A DNA stretch of 55,372 nucleotides, counting the filler, from Sphacelaria rigidula (Eukaryota): NCBI GenBank assembly GCA_964200075.2. It is 6 parts of 6 records of this genome, joined end to end, with 100 filler letters (N's around TTAATTAATTAA, not from the genome) between each part and the next. Parts side by side here need not be neighbours in the genome. Positions count along the whole stretch, not along the records: positions 9,247 to 18,392 come from CAXNAA020009186.1; positions 18,493 to 27,637 come from CAXNAA020009187.1; 4 more parts are not named here. The stretch is one strand, 5' to 3'. Below, in pieces: positions 12,942 through 25,171 of this stretch (positions are counted from its first letter, which is position 1; each line of letters begins with the position of its first letter). The position numbers and the translations under genes were made by a program. Below the pieces are notes generated by a model. It made no database searches. It was not told where the DNA came from and worked only from the letters and a program-made list of their open reading frames with translations.

Positions 12942-13308
12942 TGTTGTTGCGTGTTGTGTGTGTTTTGTCGTCCCATCTATCCTAGACGCCAGTCTACACC
13001 TTTCGGTAGATGTGGGCGCACCAGCCGGGGTCACGCAGGAGGAAGGTCAACACGGGAGATTTTTTGTTTCGTTTTGCTTTGGCCCTCCACCTTCCTTCTG
13101 CGGTGCTTGCCTTTTTTTATTTTTATCGCGATACGGCTTCAGCAGTCCCTTTCCCTCGTTGACCGTTGAGTTAAATTTCGTGTACCCACGACATGGTCGC
13201 TCTCCACTTTTGGGCATGAGAAGAAATCCCAGATCGCTCCGAGATTTGAACCCGTGACCCACCCGTCAGAAGGTTTCGAGGTTACCAACTGAGCCACCGC
13301 GGCGACCG
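12942..13308 (-). mobile_element. tRNA-derived SINE, full-length copy
   Basis: The minus-strand 5' end has a Pol III A box (TGGCTCAGTTGG) and B box (GGTTCAAATC), and the tail is (CA)-rich. Candidate TSD CGTTAGTG at 12934-12941 and 13307-13314. Homologous to 38926-39285 and 49178-49528. Confidence 0.85.
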
Positions 13309-15195
13309 TTAGTGGCGCCTCATTTGATAGATAAAAACTGGGGGATATCCTGGGGGTATGGGTAATTTTCCAACTGTGATCGCCTGGATTAGTGCATCAT
13401 TTACAGCATGGTGTTGGCAGCCACAAAAAGCGCGTCGACTGTACAGAAGACAGATTTCGTGGTGCAAACGTACGTAATCGTCGAGATGATCGCATTTTAG
13501 TTAGTTTTTGAATCCCGGGAAGCTCTCCAGGAAAGTTTTTCACCGCTTGTGTACGGCAGAGTCTGGTCTACGTGAGGTGTCGGGGAAATGTTCACATCCT
13601 GGACAATCGATTTAATGGTCAAAAAATGAAATGCGCACCGTATTGAATAAATGAAATCGCAGTAGTCGAAATAGTCGGTACTCTACGCTATACACTCTTT
13701 GACAGTGAAACATTTTGTCTAGGGGGTGGAAATGTTTCTTTGACTGGGATCTCGACGATGGAGCGTTCATTTTTTTTTGCTTCGCCAGGGATGGTGTAAT
13801 CGAGGTTTGGATTTTTGTCTACCTACGTCAATTCTTCGGGATTTACACCTTCCGATATATTGCTGGTACTCTCAATGAGGGTAGTAGCCATGTCACTGAT
13901 GAATTAATCTCACGTCCGTTCCAAGTGCATAGATGAAAGGATGCGAATTATACTTAGATTCATGAATAAGGTCATCAGTTGGCGTGCACGCATCCGTCCA
14001 TCCCTGATCTGTCGAGGCTCACACCGTGCATTTTCGAATCAGATATCGATGGTGCGGTGTGATGTAATGACCCTCAGACTCTACGGGACGTCAACATCGA
14101 GATCCGTCCTGCACCATCGCCTCAGCGCTTGAGCGAAGTTAAGGCAGTCGTGTCGATCTTGGCGCTGTCCTCGCTAGGGTTGGCGCGGTTGCCCGGCAGT
14201 GGCAGGGGTCTGAGGGGGGCAGCACTTACAAGGGGTGGTGGGGCCTTAAGATTGAGTGATATATTTTTGCTATGCATTTTTGCTCTAGCACGATTGAGAA
14301 CGTGAGCGGTTAATTCGAGGCTCCGATTCAAGTGGTTGCATAATGCTTGAGCATGGTTTCAGTGACTTGAAAAGTGATGTGTTCACTTGGGTCCGTTTTT
14401 TTCTGGTGATTTGTTCCTTGTTCATGCTCTATTCGCGATCTTTGTTTGTTTGACGCTCTCTCGTGTATTGTTGTATTGTTGGTGACACTGTAGGTATTTT
14501 CCCTTGGTATCTGTTTGATATTAAGAATAATATCCTATTGGAAGTGGAATTTATTCATCTGTTCCAATTTTACAAAGTGAAGTTGGTTTCTGCTGCGAGT
14601 AAAAATTCGACCAAGAGGTTTTTTGCGACTTCGGTTTTGCGTCGTGATTCTTGCGATCGGATCCTTGCGATAGTGTTTTTGCTAGGTTTTTCCAGTCTAA
14701 AATCCTTATCGATTTCGTTTTTTTGGGGATAACTCCGTCAAACGGACACCAAACGCATCCTACTCGAAGGGGCACCTGGGCACACAGAAGTCGACGCTGC
14801 CTACCCAGTATCATCCTCCAAATCGAAGGCTTGAGTGACAAGCCCAGCGTTTCGTGCCCATGTACAAGGATGATGAACATAATACTCAAAATCGAGGTGA
14901 CTTCACCACTTGGTGGTTGACAGATATTTCTCGGAAAGTAATGGTTTGCGCAGGTGCTGACGCATTTCGAAGAACACTGAAGGCCCTTCTGAACGAAGGG
15001 GATAATCCCCTTTTTCATAAACGACCAGTAATTGGTCGCTGCGGTACCACCCCCCCCACCCCCCAAACTGGTGGTTTGAGTGCAAGCCTGGTCCGGCGAA
15101 AACCCGGCGTGCTCCGTCCCGGCTTTGTAGGGATGCGAGGTCAATGGTCTTCTGACTATGGCATGCATGATCATGAGTACACCCACCCCCCAAAC

Positions 15196-15445
15196 TTTCG
15201 GACATGATACATGGCAGCTGTTGGGGGTATTTGGAGAACATCGCCCGAATGAAACATACATGTAGAATAGTGCTCAGGGGAATTGTAGTACATATTTCCC
15301 TGTTCAGAATCGAAATTTTCTTGCTAGAACGGCTGATGCCCGTTATAATGGATGACTGCTTCCCAACAAAACCATCCGTCACTCCAGAACTTTCCCTGCG
15401 CGCTAACCCTAACCCCCACAGCTGTCACGTATCATATCCGAATGG
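15196..15445. mobile_element. MITE-like element with ~35-bp inverted ends
   Basis: TTCGGACATGATACATGGCAGCTGTTGGGGGT versus ACCCCCACAGCTGTCACGTATCATATCCGAA. Confidence 0.5.
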
Positions 15446-15637
15446 AGTGTGCCAGCTCTTTCGCTAGGCAGTTCAGACCCCCTTTGGTACCTAGGGGGAG
15501 AGATTATTTCGAAAAACCGTACAATTGACTCTGAGCACACACTGTACAGTACTACATATTAGGAGGGTTTCGCAGGCGGTAGGCTCGCCAACCCAGTGGC
15601 GGGATAGATGAAGCCGTACCTCTAACCCCGCCAGGAA

Positions 15638-15805
15638 GAGAGCAATGCTACGGTAGGGGTGCACTTTTTTCGCGAAATTTTGTCTGGTTCAGGGGCTCCT
15701 AACGATTCTAGGCGCGCAAGAATACGNNNNNNNNNNATGAGATAAGGGGCTCCTAACAATTCTAATCTCAGAAATTATTTCTGTACCCCTACCGTAGCAT
15801 CACTC
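15638..15805. mobile_element. MITE family copy 1 (internal N gap)
   Basis: TIR ATGCTACGGTAGGGGTGCA / TGTACCCCTACCGTAGCAT. A second copy is at 28566-28823. Confidence 0.75.
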
Positions 15806-15812
15806 AAGAAAG

Positions 15813-15895
15813 TGACCATACAAGGCGTGATAGCTGGTTCCGGCTGGATGAAGCATTTCTCACGGGCGCTACTGGCGAAACTACCCCAAGCGTGA
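15813..15895 (+). repeat. Short dispersed repeat shared with 50738-50822 (reverse)
   Basis: CAAGGCGTGATAGCTGGTTC...CTGGATGAAGC...GGGCGCTACTG.CGAAAC.ACCCCAAGCGTG is present at both positions. Confidence 0.65.
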
Positions 15896-16399
15896 GAGCT
15901 CCCACAATCTCTCGTTGTGTGTGTGTCTAGTTTTGTTTTTGCTTTTTTCAACCATCTGACTGTATATATGTATTTCCCCCGGGGCTGCCACGAGCTTACT
16001 AGAAGTTACAGAGGTGCGGTAGCTCACGCTCTTGTCTGCACAGCAGACGACTACTTCGCTGCAATATTTTTCCTGCTCTTCACTTCGAAAATATGCATGT
16101 ACGCAAACAGACAGCATTGCATTTTTTGCGTCGGCGGCAGTTGCGCGACGGGGATATCGCCTTGTTACGTGTCCTGTAGCGCTTAGAGACACGTCCTGTT
16201 CAGAAGATGCCGCACAATGACGGTGATTTTTCTGTTGGACTGCTCATCATGCTCGGGCTGCCGTGCAGAAACTTCTGGGCCAGGGTTACATAGTCGGAAC
16301 CGCTTGGGAATCCCGAGCCTATTGGACGAAATGAATGAAATTTCGATGTCGACTTCAACCTCACCAAAATATTGAACCTCAAAAACGGATCCAGGCTGT

Positions 16400-16850
16400 A
16401 AGTGGCAGCTGATATGAAACCAGTACAGCCAGGAACCATGGATCTTAGAAGCGCGGACGGCTCCCCGATAAAAATCCTAGGGTTCATTCGTTTCGAGTTT
16501 GCGTTGAGGATAAAAGAAAAGACCACAGTAGAAGCGTTCGTATTGCCTAATATGGGGCCGGATTGTCTATCACTAGACAACTCCATTATTATGAGTGCTT
16601 TCCAAGCTAAACTCGACTGGTAGACGGAAGAACGGACATTCCATGATTCCAGTAAAAACAGATACATCAAAGTATCGCATCGAAAACAAGAGGGTTCACA
16701 CAACACATTGTTCTATGGTCAGTGTGAAATGTTCCAATCCTGTTCCAGTCTCTCAGAAAAACAAATGCAGTGTGCCACCGCAAAATGAAACGACAGTACT
16801 AGTTGAAACGGAAAATACCGCGTCAAAAACAACAGCAAACAGCGGATCCT
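16400..16850 (+). pseudogene. Degenerate retropepsin (aspartic protease) fragment of a Ty3/gypsy-like pol
   Basis: LRSADGSPIKILGFIRFEFAL...VEAFVLPNMGPDCLSLDNSIIMSAFQAKLDW* resembles the flap and C-terminal half of LTR-retrotransposon proteases. It has an in-frame stop, and the catalytic DxG motif is not seen. Confidence 0.5.
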
Positions 16851-17912
16851 GAAAAGTAAGGTCCATCTCAAAGATGAGGTTCAAGTGGCATTGTTTTTTA
16901 GCAGGGATGACACGAAACACGTACACCAAGCGGAGCTATCTCTCCCCCCAAATGTCCGCAGCAGTTAAGCAGCCGTGGCTAGGTGTACCGAACGAATGCG
17001 GTGTACACGCGTGTCGATGACGATATCATCAGAGAGAGAAGCAACGGCAGAGAGGAAGCTCCTCGCCCGTGTCCTTTGTGTGTCCTCGCTCGGCGATCAC
17101 CAATCGCTCGAGAGACTGGCATCATCGATGTTATTATACCAGCATGTGCCATTTTTTTCATGTGCCAGAACATCGAGCTGCGGAGAGATTCCGTCTCTTC
17201 TTGCTTGCGGCCAGTGGGAAGATGGAATTCTCTCTGCCTCTCTTTTTGGACAGGACGCGCCTCTGTGCGCTGAAAGACATGTCGTTGAAAAATAGGGCAA
17301 TGTTCCCGTCACCGCTACTACTGTTCTCTATGACACACATATGCCAGCAAGGGCGGTGGTGCGGCAAAAACAACAGGTATATCCCATTTGAACTTGGGGG
17401 GTGTTACTCATCATTGATTTTACCCGACGTGTATGTGAGCGACCCTCGGGTTGCCCAACGACAACAGCGTGCGAGACGCCAGTTGGGGGGCGGGGGGGGG
17501 GTGTATGAGACATCAACCACTTGTGGAGACCTTCTTGACATGCGGTGTGGAAAAATATACCTATGGGAGTGATCTAACCGTTGCGAGCGTGGTGCAGAGG
17601 GGTGCGTCCATGCGGCAACCTGGAGCACGCGCGCTGGCTGCGTGAACACCTCGGTACAGTAGCTTTCAAGAAATAATTCCGATGTGACGAGGTCATGCAT
17701 TACCACCTGGGGCGAGATATGAACCCACGAAGAACGAGGGTGCTCTATGATCAAGCACTTGTCGTTGCATTTGACACCCACGCCATCAACCGCCAACCTC
17801 AAAGATCTTGTGGCTTTCAAGCAACGCTGGCGGCAGTACGGCAGGCAAACCCGATCATAGCTAGCTTTCGGCGCTACTGGACTGGCTGGCGTCTGCGAGA
17901 AGGTCTCCCGGC

Positions 17913-18392
17913 GTAGCAACATGTATTAAATTTCGCAACCTCTGTAAGAACAAGACAGTTTGGTTTTCCCAACTACATAAACATGATTAAAAGGGCTCTA
18001 GTGGTCTGAGGGAAAGTGGCCGCTTTGGGCCCGTCCATACGTTCGAAGATAGTGTAAAACAGCAGTACGAAACTTTCCTGACATGGGGATACCGCAACCA
18101 GTACAGAACGGAACAGAAGTTGACGGTTGAACGTTCTTATTAGAAAGCAACGGACATCAAACGGTTTGCAGGTTGGAAAACGCGGAATTTCATAGAAGAG
18201 AACCTATATGTTTCCCCGCGCGTGTTACATGCGATTGCAAAATCTCTGTCGTCTTTCTTGTATACCTGGCAGGGGGACAGGAAAGCAACAGTTCCTCAGA
18301 CCACTAGAGCCCTTTTAATCATGTTTATGTAGTTGGGAAAACCAAACTGTCTTGTTCTTACAGAGGTTGCGAAATTTAATACATGTTGCTAC
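17913..18392. repeat. Perfect inverted repeat of at least 99 bp (17913-18011 / 18294-18392), 282-bp spacer
   Basis: The arms are exact reverse complements. The right arm is cut by the block end. Confidence 0.9.
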
Positions 18393-19261
18393 NNNNNNNN
18401 NNNNNNNNNNNNNNNNNNNNNNNNNNNNNNNNNNNNTTAATTAATTAANNNNNNNNNNNNNNNNNNNNNNNNNNNNNNNNNNNNNNNNNNNNACAGTTTG
18501 TTTGTTACGGACGAGGAGAGGGAGGGGGCGACCGTTAATTTGTCGTTTGTCCTGTGTGAGCATTACGAGGTTTGTTGCTGTAGGTGTTTTTTTTATGTAT
18601 CACACTGTGTTTCCGTTCTCTTCCTCGGGATGCGTCTGTATTCTCGAAAGCTCAACGGATCCCGCCTGACAGTTTGGTATCGTAGATTGGATCAGCACCC
18701 CTGCATCGCGTCGACTCCCGTCATATGAAGGTTGTTCGCTACTCCCGTGCACACATTTCAACGACGAATATCAGATGCTTGTAACAATAAAAAAAACGGT
18801 GCGCCGGAAATTCGAACCCCCAAGCTGGCGTCGTGGCGGGATTCAGTGGTAAAGGTCCAAACACCGTGGCCCGGTTCTAGTTCAAATTGAGAGGGAGATC
18901 GAGACACGCGCAGCTACCTCAGAGACATGAGGGTGAAAAAACGCGAAGAATCAACACGTGCCAGCGTGGGTGCAGGTGCCCCGAGGGATCGCTAGTCGAC
19001 GCACAGTACAGTACAGTACAACAACAAGTGTCTCAGCTACTTTGTGAACCTGACTGCCGAGATCGAACATGTTTCGCGTATTCGATCAACGTTCGTGCAG
19101 ACGGTAAGGACACGTGCGCAGCAATTCTAGACTGGAGGAATGGGTGACCAGTACTGTAGCCATGATTGGGTGCCAGAGCCTTGCACTCTGGATGTTGCAG
19201 TCGGCGATGTCTTGGCTGTTTCCGCGTGGAAACGTTGTTGCCTATTCTGACCGATTTCCTC

Positions 19262-19299
<38 letters not shown>

Positions 19300-19325
19300 A
19301 TTATTTCTTGTGCTATATGGTGCAG

Positions 19326-19402
19326 ATACATCCAGCGTCGAGGAGCCTCCGCGCCGAACGAGGTCCCGCCTGTGGGTGAAGCGCAGCCCTCTTGACGACT
19401 GA
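19326..19402 (+). CDS. Candidate short terminal exon of an unidentified gene, followed by a long GT-rich putative 3' UTR
   Basis: A (CT)n polypyrimidine tract and tgcag| acceptor precede GC-rich codons ending in TGA at 19395 or 19402, depending on phase. The downstream ~2.7 kb is G/T-skewed like the sense strand downstream of the GH114 gene. The frame is unresolved. Confidence 0.3.
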
Positions 19403-22400
19403 GCGTTGTGGGCGGTGACGCAGGAAGGACTGGTTGTGTTGTCCTCAGCAAGTCAGTCGTGAGAGCATAGTCTCGCAGCTCGTTTTTGTTGTTGTTGGAA
19501 GTTGTACTGTTTCGTGGCGAATCACGGCCAATCCGACGATGTCACACGTATCGCGGGGAGGGAGAGACAGAGGAACTGTTGCGTTGATGACTCTTCGGGA
19601 CGAGGAGCGAAGGGCAGTGAAGATGTGGAAGTGTTGCGCAGTTGACGATGATCAACTCCAGCTTCAGGACAAGGCGGGTGAACAGGGAGGCGGTACATGC
19701 GTGTTTGTGGTTTGATGCTTTGATTTTGCGGTTGATTTTGAAATAAGGGTGAACAGTGCAATTTCATTCATTGTTTTTTTTTCCTTTTTTTCTTTTCTTA
19801 TCGAAGGTGGTGTGGGCCACTCGATCGTGAGAGTTCCACACGGTTTCTCACATAGGCGGGTTTCGTCGATTGGCGTGCATTTCACGTGACTTGCGCTGTG
19901 TCTTTTCCTGCTTGTGCTGTTGGGGTAGGTGCGTATGCGATTTAGAGAGCAAGCTCTATGCAGATTGCAGCAGAGACACGGAGCGTGTGTTTACTGTATG
20001 TGTGCATTTGTGTTTCTTCCTTGGTACCTTTGGGCCGTTGCTGTTCTATAATCACATGTGTGTGCCAAGGTAGCTGTACCGTGACATTGTGTTTTGGTGG
20101 GATGTTTTGTGTTACAGCGTCATGTCTGTATGTGATTGTTATCTGATGGTCGTGCACTACTCGACTAGTTGTGGCACGAGGGGGAAGTTGAAAGACGTGA
20201 GCGGTAAAAGTAAATGAAGAATACAAGAAGAGCAGAAGTTTGTAGACTAGGGTGCTGAGTAACAGAAGCAGTTGTGTATTGGGATTCCTTGTGTAGATGG
20301 TTGTCGTTGTTATCAAACATGTGCCGTGGAGTGCTGTAGTGGTGTAAAGAGAAGTGTGTCGTGTAGTGTTGCAGCAACGCTGTATTATAGGGCGATTAGA
20401 AAGTGTGGTGAAGTGCCGTGTGTGTGTGTTCAGGTAGTAGATTCATTCGACAGTGAGGACCAATTTCAACTATGATTTTTGTCCATGTTTTCGGGTCACT
20501 TTTGGTCGAATGTTGTGCTTATTTTGGAACTGTTGACTTGGTCGAGATGTTCCACAGGAAACTTTTACTAGGATTTACTTTTATGATTCGAGGCCGCATA
20601 TTCTTGAGGCACGGACTGTTGGCGGGAGAAACGATCATTATCTTTGTCTTTTTTCTTAGAGCAGTTTATATTTGAGTTAGTCGTCACTCTTTGCGTGTAT
20701 TTCCGCCGCACGGAGATTTGGCCTGGGGCTAACATGCATATTGGGGATGGGAGGTGTATACATGTTATCTGGAGCGCTGCGTGTGTCTTGGTGTGCATGG
20801 ACGTGTTGGTGGGCATGTTACCGAGAGGGTGTGGTCTGGATGTTAGCGCTGGTATTCATTGGGATATATGGCTTGGACTCTCAAGAAAAGACATGATCTT
20901 TTCCCAGTGACTTGAGGAGGAGGAGTTCCAGGGGCGAGTGCGGTCGTGTTGATACCAGTTTAACGTGGAGATTGTACGTTCACTGCACTAGATTTAGTCT
21001 CCTTTTGCCGGGGTTGTATGGATTGCACCAGCGAAACATTACGGAACGAGAGCGTCGATGTATGAAAATCGCAGCCTGTGTTGATTTTGCGGTACAGGCA
21101 ACACACAACGAGAGGCGCGGGAAGGTGTTGGAGACACGCCGATGCAGTGCATATTTTTCGTTTGGCTTTGTCGCCTTGGCGATACCATAGAAACAGAGAG
21201 CTGGTTGAATGTCGCATTTTGGCTCGAAACACATGGCTTACACATCGGGCGAGCGAGTGATGTTGATTTTAAGTCTCAGTCAATTTATTTTTAGAGAAAT
21301 GAGTGATGAGGGAAAAGCCACTTCTGGCGGCACACAGCTTGACATAGATCTTTTGATCCTCACGCTTTTTTTTTTCGTTTTGGTAGTGTTTGTGCAGAAT
21401 CTTTGCAGTTGAGGATGGCGGTGTGCGCGGGTGTCGTCCTAGTCTGACTGAGCAGCCTGTTTACTTTGGGTGGACGCAATGGGTTTCATGCTACGCGGCG
21501 GCGGTTGGGGAAACGGAACGGGGGGTGTGTTATAGAAAGATGACGAAGATGTTATTTTTCGCATCATGTATACTGTATCAGACACGCTAAGGGAACAAAA
21601 GCTAGGCGCACCGGTCTCGATCGTGCTGCGTTGACTCACGATGACTATTTGGTGTGGAATTGCTCAGGGGAGATGAACGAGTGTGTCCTGCATGTGTGTT
21701 TCCAGTCAGGGGCATGATGAGACAACTGAAGTGGTTCGGTAGTCAGCGGCGCTCTCGTGTGACTTCCGCTCAACGATCGTGCTGCTGTTGGAAGTGTTGA
21801 TTTCGTGGAGTTTTTGCTAGGGATACGCTTACATGGATTTAGTCGCGTTTTGTATCAAGAAGTTCTGTCGAGTATTATCACGTGTTTTGTATCAAATTAA
21901 TACCACCAAGTCCCACTCATTATTCGAAGCCACGCCTTGTTACGCGGTCGGCGTATCACGGAGTGGGGGGTTGTTTTGTCAAAAATGAATATCTCACTCG
22001 CGTGTATTTTTACTCGGAGGTTTGGTATGAGATTTACTTGCATATATGGGGAAGGAAATGGGTATGTTCTGAGGTACTGTGTGCATACGGGGGTGTATTG
22101 ATGACCTTCGGATCGGTGGGTGTGTTGTGCGGTGTGGAGAGATAGTGAGACGGATATGGATGTGGTGAGTTTAAAATTAAAATGGAACCTTTTTTCTAAC
22201 GATACCGTGACTATCTTGTGGGAAAGCGATATTCTAGATGATACTCGTTTCGCGTGGTACTAGATGGCAATGTCGTACCGACATATGCAATCCGTCTAGC
22301 GCAGGTTTCTTTCGTGTCTGCAGGAGGAATCCATCAGACTTCCGTGTGCCACACACTGGTAGCTTCATCGCTGCAATATTCGCGTCTCGTACCAAGACGG

Positions 22401-23517
22401 CTGCAAAATAAATGTCGAGCATGATTCTTCCGGAGGGAGCCAGGACCATAGCACGAAACGAGGATAGATGGTTGATAGGCCAACTGAAGAATTAGAAACC
22501 GTCGTTCGAGAAAAGATTAAGCCGTCGCGCACAAATAGAAAATTTAGCCTCGACTCCATATACTGCCGTTCAAGAGGAAACCCTAAGAAGTGGGGGAACG
22601 ATGTCTTCTGGGGGAACAGAAGTCGAAATTGCATACATATTAATACTGCAATTGGTACCCGTTGAACGTTCTCGAACGTTCAACGGTACGTTTGATGGGT
22701 GCCTGTTGCATCCATCTACATACATACATACAGTGTCGGCCTAATTTCGTTCCCATCGAAAAGTATTGTCATCATTTTCCAGGATCCTCTGTTGATTCCT
22801 TGTTGCGGGTGCCCCCTGTGGTGTCGCTGACTGAATGACGTGCTTATCGTATCACTCTTACCTCTCGACTCGGGAAGTCATCAAGTGCGGTCACCACGGA
22901 AGTATATATACTGTGAAGGAACAGTTTCAAAGACCCGGTTCGGCGATACCGTCATCTACACAAAGAGGGGTCGTATTAACCAGGTCTTTTTTCAGATTCC
23001 CCTTCCCCTCCCCCCCCTAATTAAAATTTTGGCACTATTTCCTGAATTCTCCAAAACCCATTGCTGGGGGGAAAATGTGAGGCTAGATTTTCGGAGCTAT
23101 GTAGTCAGCCACTCGTGCCGATCGATTGCCTGACATGATGAAGAAATCTATTCCAGCGTTTATCGGATTTTTTTTTTTTTTGCCCTAAAATGTAAGGTTT
23201 CACCAGCTAACAATGAGACCCCTGAGCAGGAGCAGCATGCTGCTTGTCGGCATTTTTTTCCGAATCTTCGCCGCCCAAAAATAGTCAGAGGGATAGAGTC
23301 ATCCTCGTTGCTCCGCGTTTGTCTGACGTACGAGCTGGGCCAGCCAACAATGGGTGGTTTTCTCGCTCAGGCGACGCATGGCGCGATATTAGGAGTTGGA
23401 CGCTGGATTTTGACAGCAGCTTTTTATGATCGAAATGCAGAAGATCACGTAACCAGCAATGAAAAGAAGAGTTATACAGGCTGGTTCACGGAAAAAAACC
23501 CAAATGCACTCATCGGC

Positions 23518-24170
23518 AAAACTTCATGCCGTTTTAAGGAGTTAGGCCCTGAAATTTTGCGCAGGTGTTCTATGGGTCATTATTACGCAAGTTTGCAAGG
23601 ACGATTTCGTTTTTCTACTTTTTGACCTTTCTCACCGTTTTTCCGGAGTCCCAGTTTGGTCGGGAAAACTTCGATCCAGTCGGACCCCCGTAAAACGGTA
23701 AAAAAAAACTCGTCCATGCAAAGTTGCGTAATGACCTATAGAACACCTGTGCGAAATTTCAGTGTCTAACTCCTTAAAACGGCGTGAAGTTTTTCGCGTT
23801 TGAGCGATGAACGTTGCCGTGCCACGGTGAAACGGCAAACTACTAGATTTTGGTATAAAAATGGCGTTTCAGGGCCTTTTTCGACGTGAACATGAAAATT
23901 CAAGCACCAGATGATCGAACTTAGCCTCGAAACTTTATGGGGTTCTTCCTTGGGTGTGCGGCGGCAGAGCGTTCGCGACAAAAGGAATCAAAGACTGTAG
24001 TGCCTGTTTTCCGGGGTCCCAGAATGGATGACCTCGAAAAAACGACTTGGATCCCGTCGGACCCCCGAAAAACGGTAAAAAAATCAAGTAAAAGAAAAAC
24101 CTCGTTGATCGTAACTTGCGTGATGATTCATAGCACATTTGTGCAAATTTTCAGGGTCTAACTCCTAATA
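23518..24170. mobile_element. Fold-back-like repeat with ~95-bp inverted arms and a third internal copy
   Basis: 23518-23613 is the inverse of 23702-23793 (AAAACTTCA.GCCGTTTTAAGGAGTTAG.C.CTGAAATTT.GC.CAGGTGTTCTAT). A related direct copy lies at ~24050-24170. Confidence 0.65.
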
Positions 24171-25171
24171 AATGCTTCAAGATTGCGCGTATGTGCGAGG
24201 ATGTGAGCTTGAAACGTGCAAACTCCTAACTACTTGGTTTGAGTGCGAAAACATCTTTTAGAGTGGATTATACTTCAAGGCAGGAAAAACTGTATGAGAT
24301 TTTCGATTTTTTACACCAAAAATTGTACATGTGTTCCTTGGACGATCGTGGGACGCATCATGTTATTATTGTTTCTTTGGAGTCATTCTGTACCGCCTTT
24401 CGGGGGTCTTTGTACTGGGACCCCCGGGAGCCGGTAGAGAACGGAGAACCTCTGAACCCTTGCCAAGAACACAATTTTTTCCATTTGTAGCGTCAATACC
24501 TACGGAACTGCCAAGTTTGAGGATGATCTGAGCTTTTCTACAACAGATATAAGGGAAGTCGTCACGAGGCTCCCTGAGTGTTTCCTGCCTTTCTATGATG
24601 AGTGGAAATTAGACGACGCCAAACTCCACATCACCGAAACATTACGGTTTCGGGTAGAATTCGACTCCGTTGGAACCGTTTTCAAATCCGTTTCTTCCGT
24701 TAGATTTTTGAGGTGATGACGGTCACTACGATTCAAAGCATGTGGGGATGCGGTGGAAATTGGGCTTGGAATTCGCATTTTCAATTTCGGAACAGTTTGA
24801 AAGGCGCTGATTGGTCGAGACACATTTTTGTCCATAGCGCCACTGCTGTAGCCTTGAAAAAAATCCGACCATGTCACCCTGTTCGTCTGTTTATTGCGGT
24901 CAGTATGATACCATGTATGCGACTATTGGGTGCGTATTGCAGAAGGCATTTATTTGCTGATCACAGTTCTTTTTCCCCAGTGAACCAGCCTGTAGGCATT
25001 CAAAATGTCAGCAAAAACAAGATAATGTCGTAAAAGTTCACGAAGAAAAGAGACTCTGCAACTGGTCACGTGAAGTATCATTCCTTGGGTGCAGAAGGTC
25101 TTCCTGAAATGTCAGCTCAAGAGTCGTCGAATTGGGCCGTTCGTGCAACATTTTCCGTGACGCTGCTGCTG

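Noticed and set aside
13225..13308. tRNA gene
   Set aside because: A and B boxes are present, but the sequence is the head of a ~360-bp multi-copy SINE and has no proper cloverleaf.
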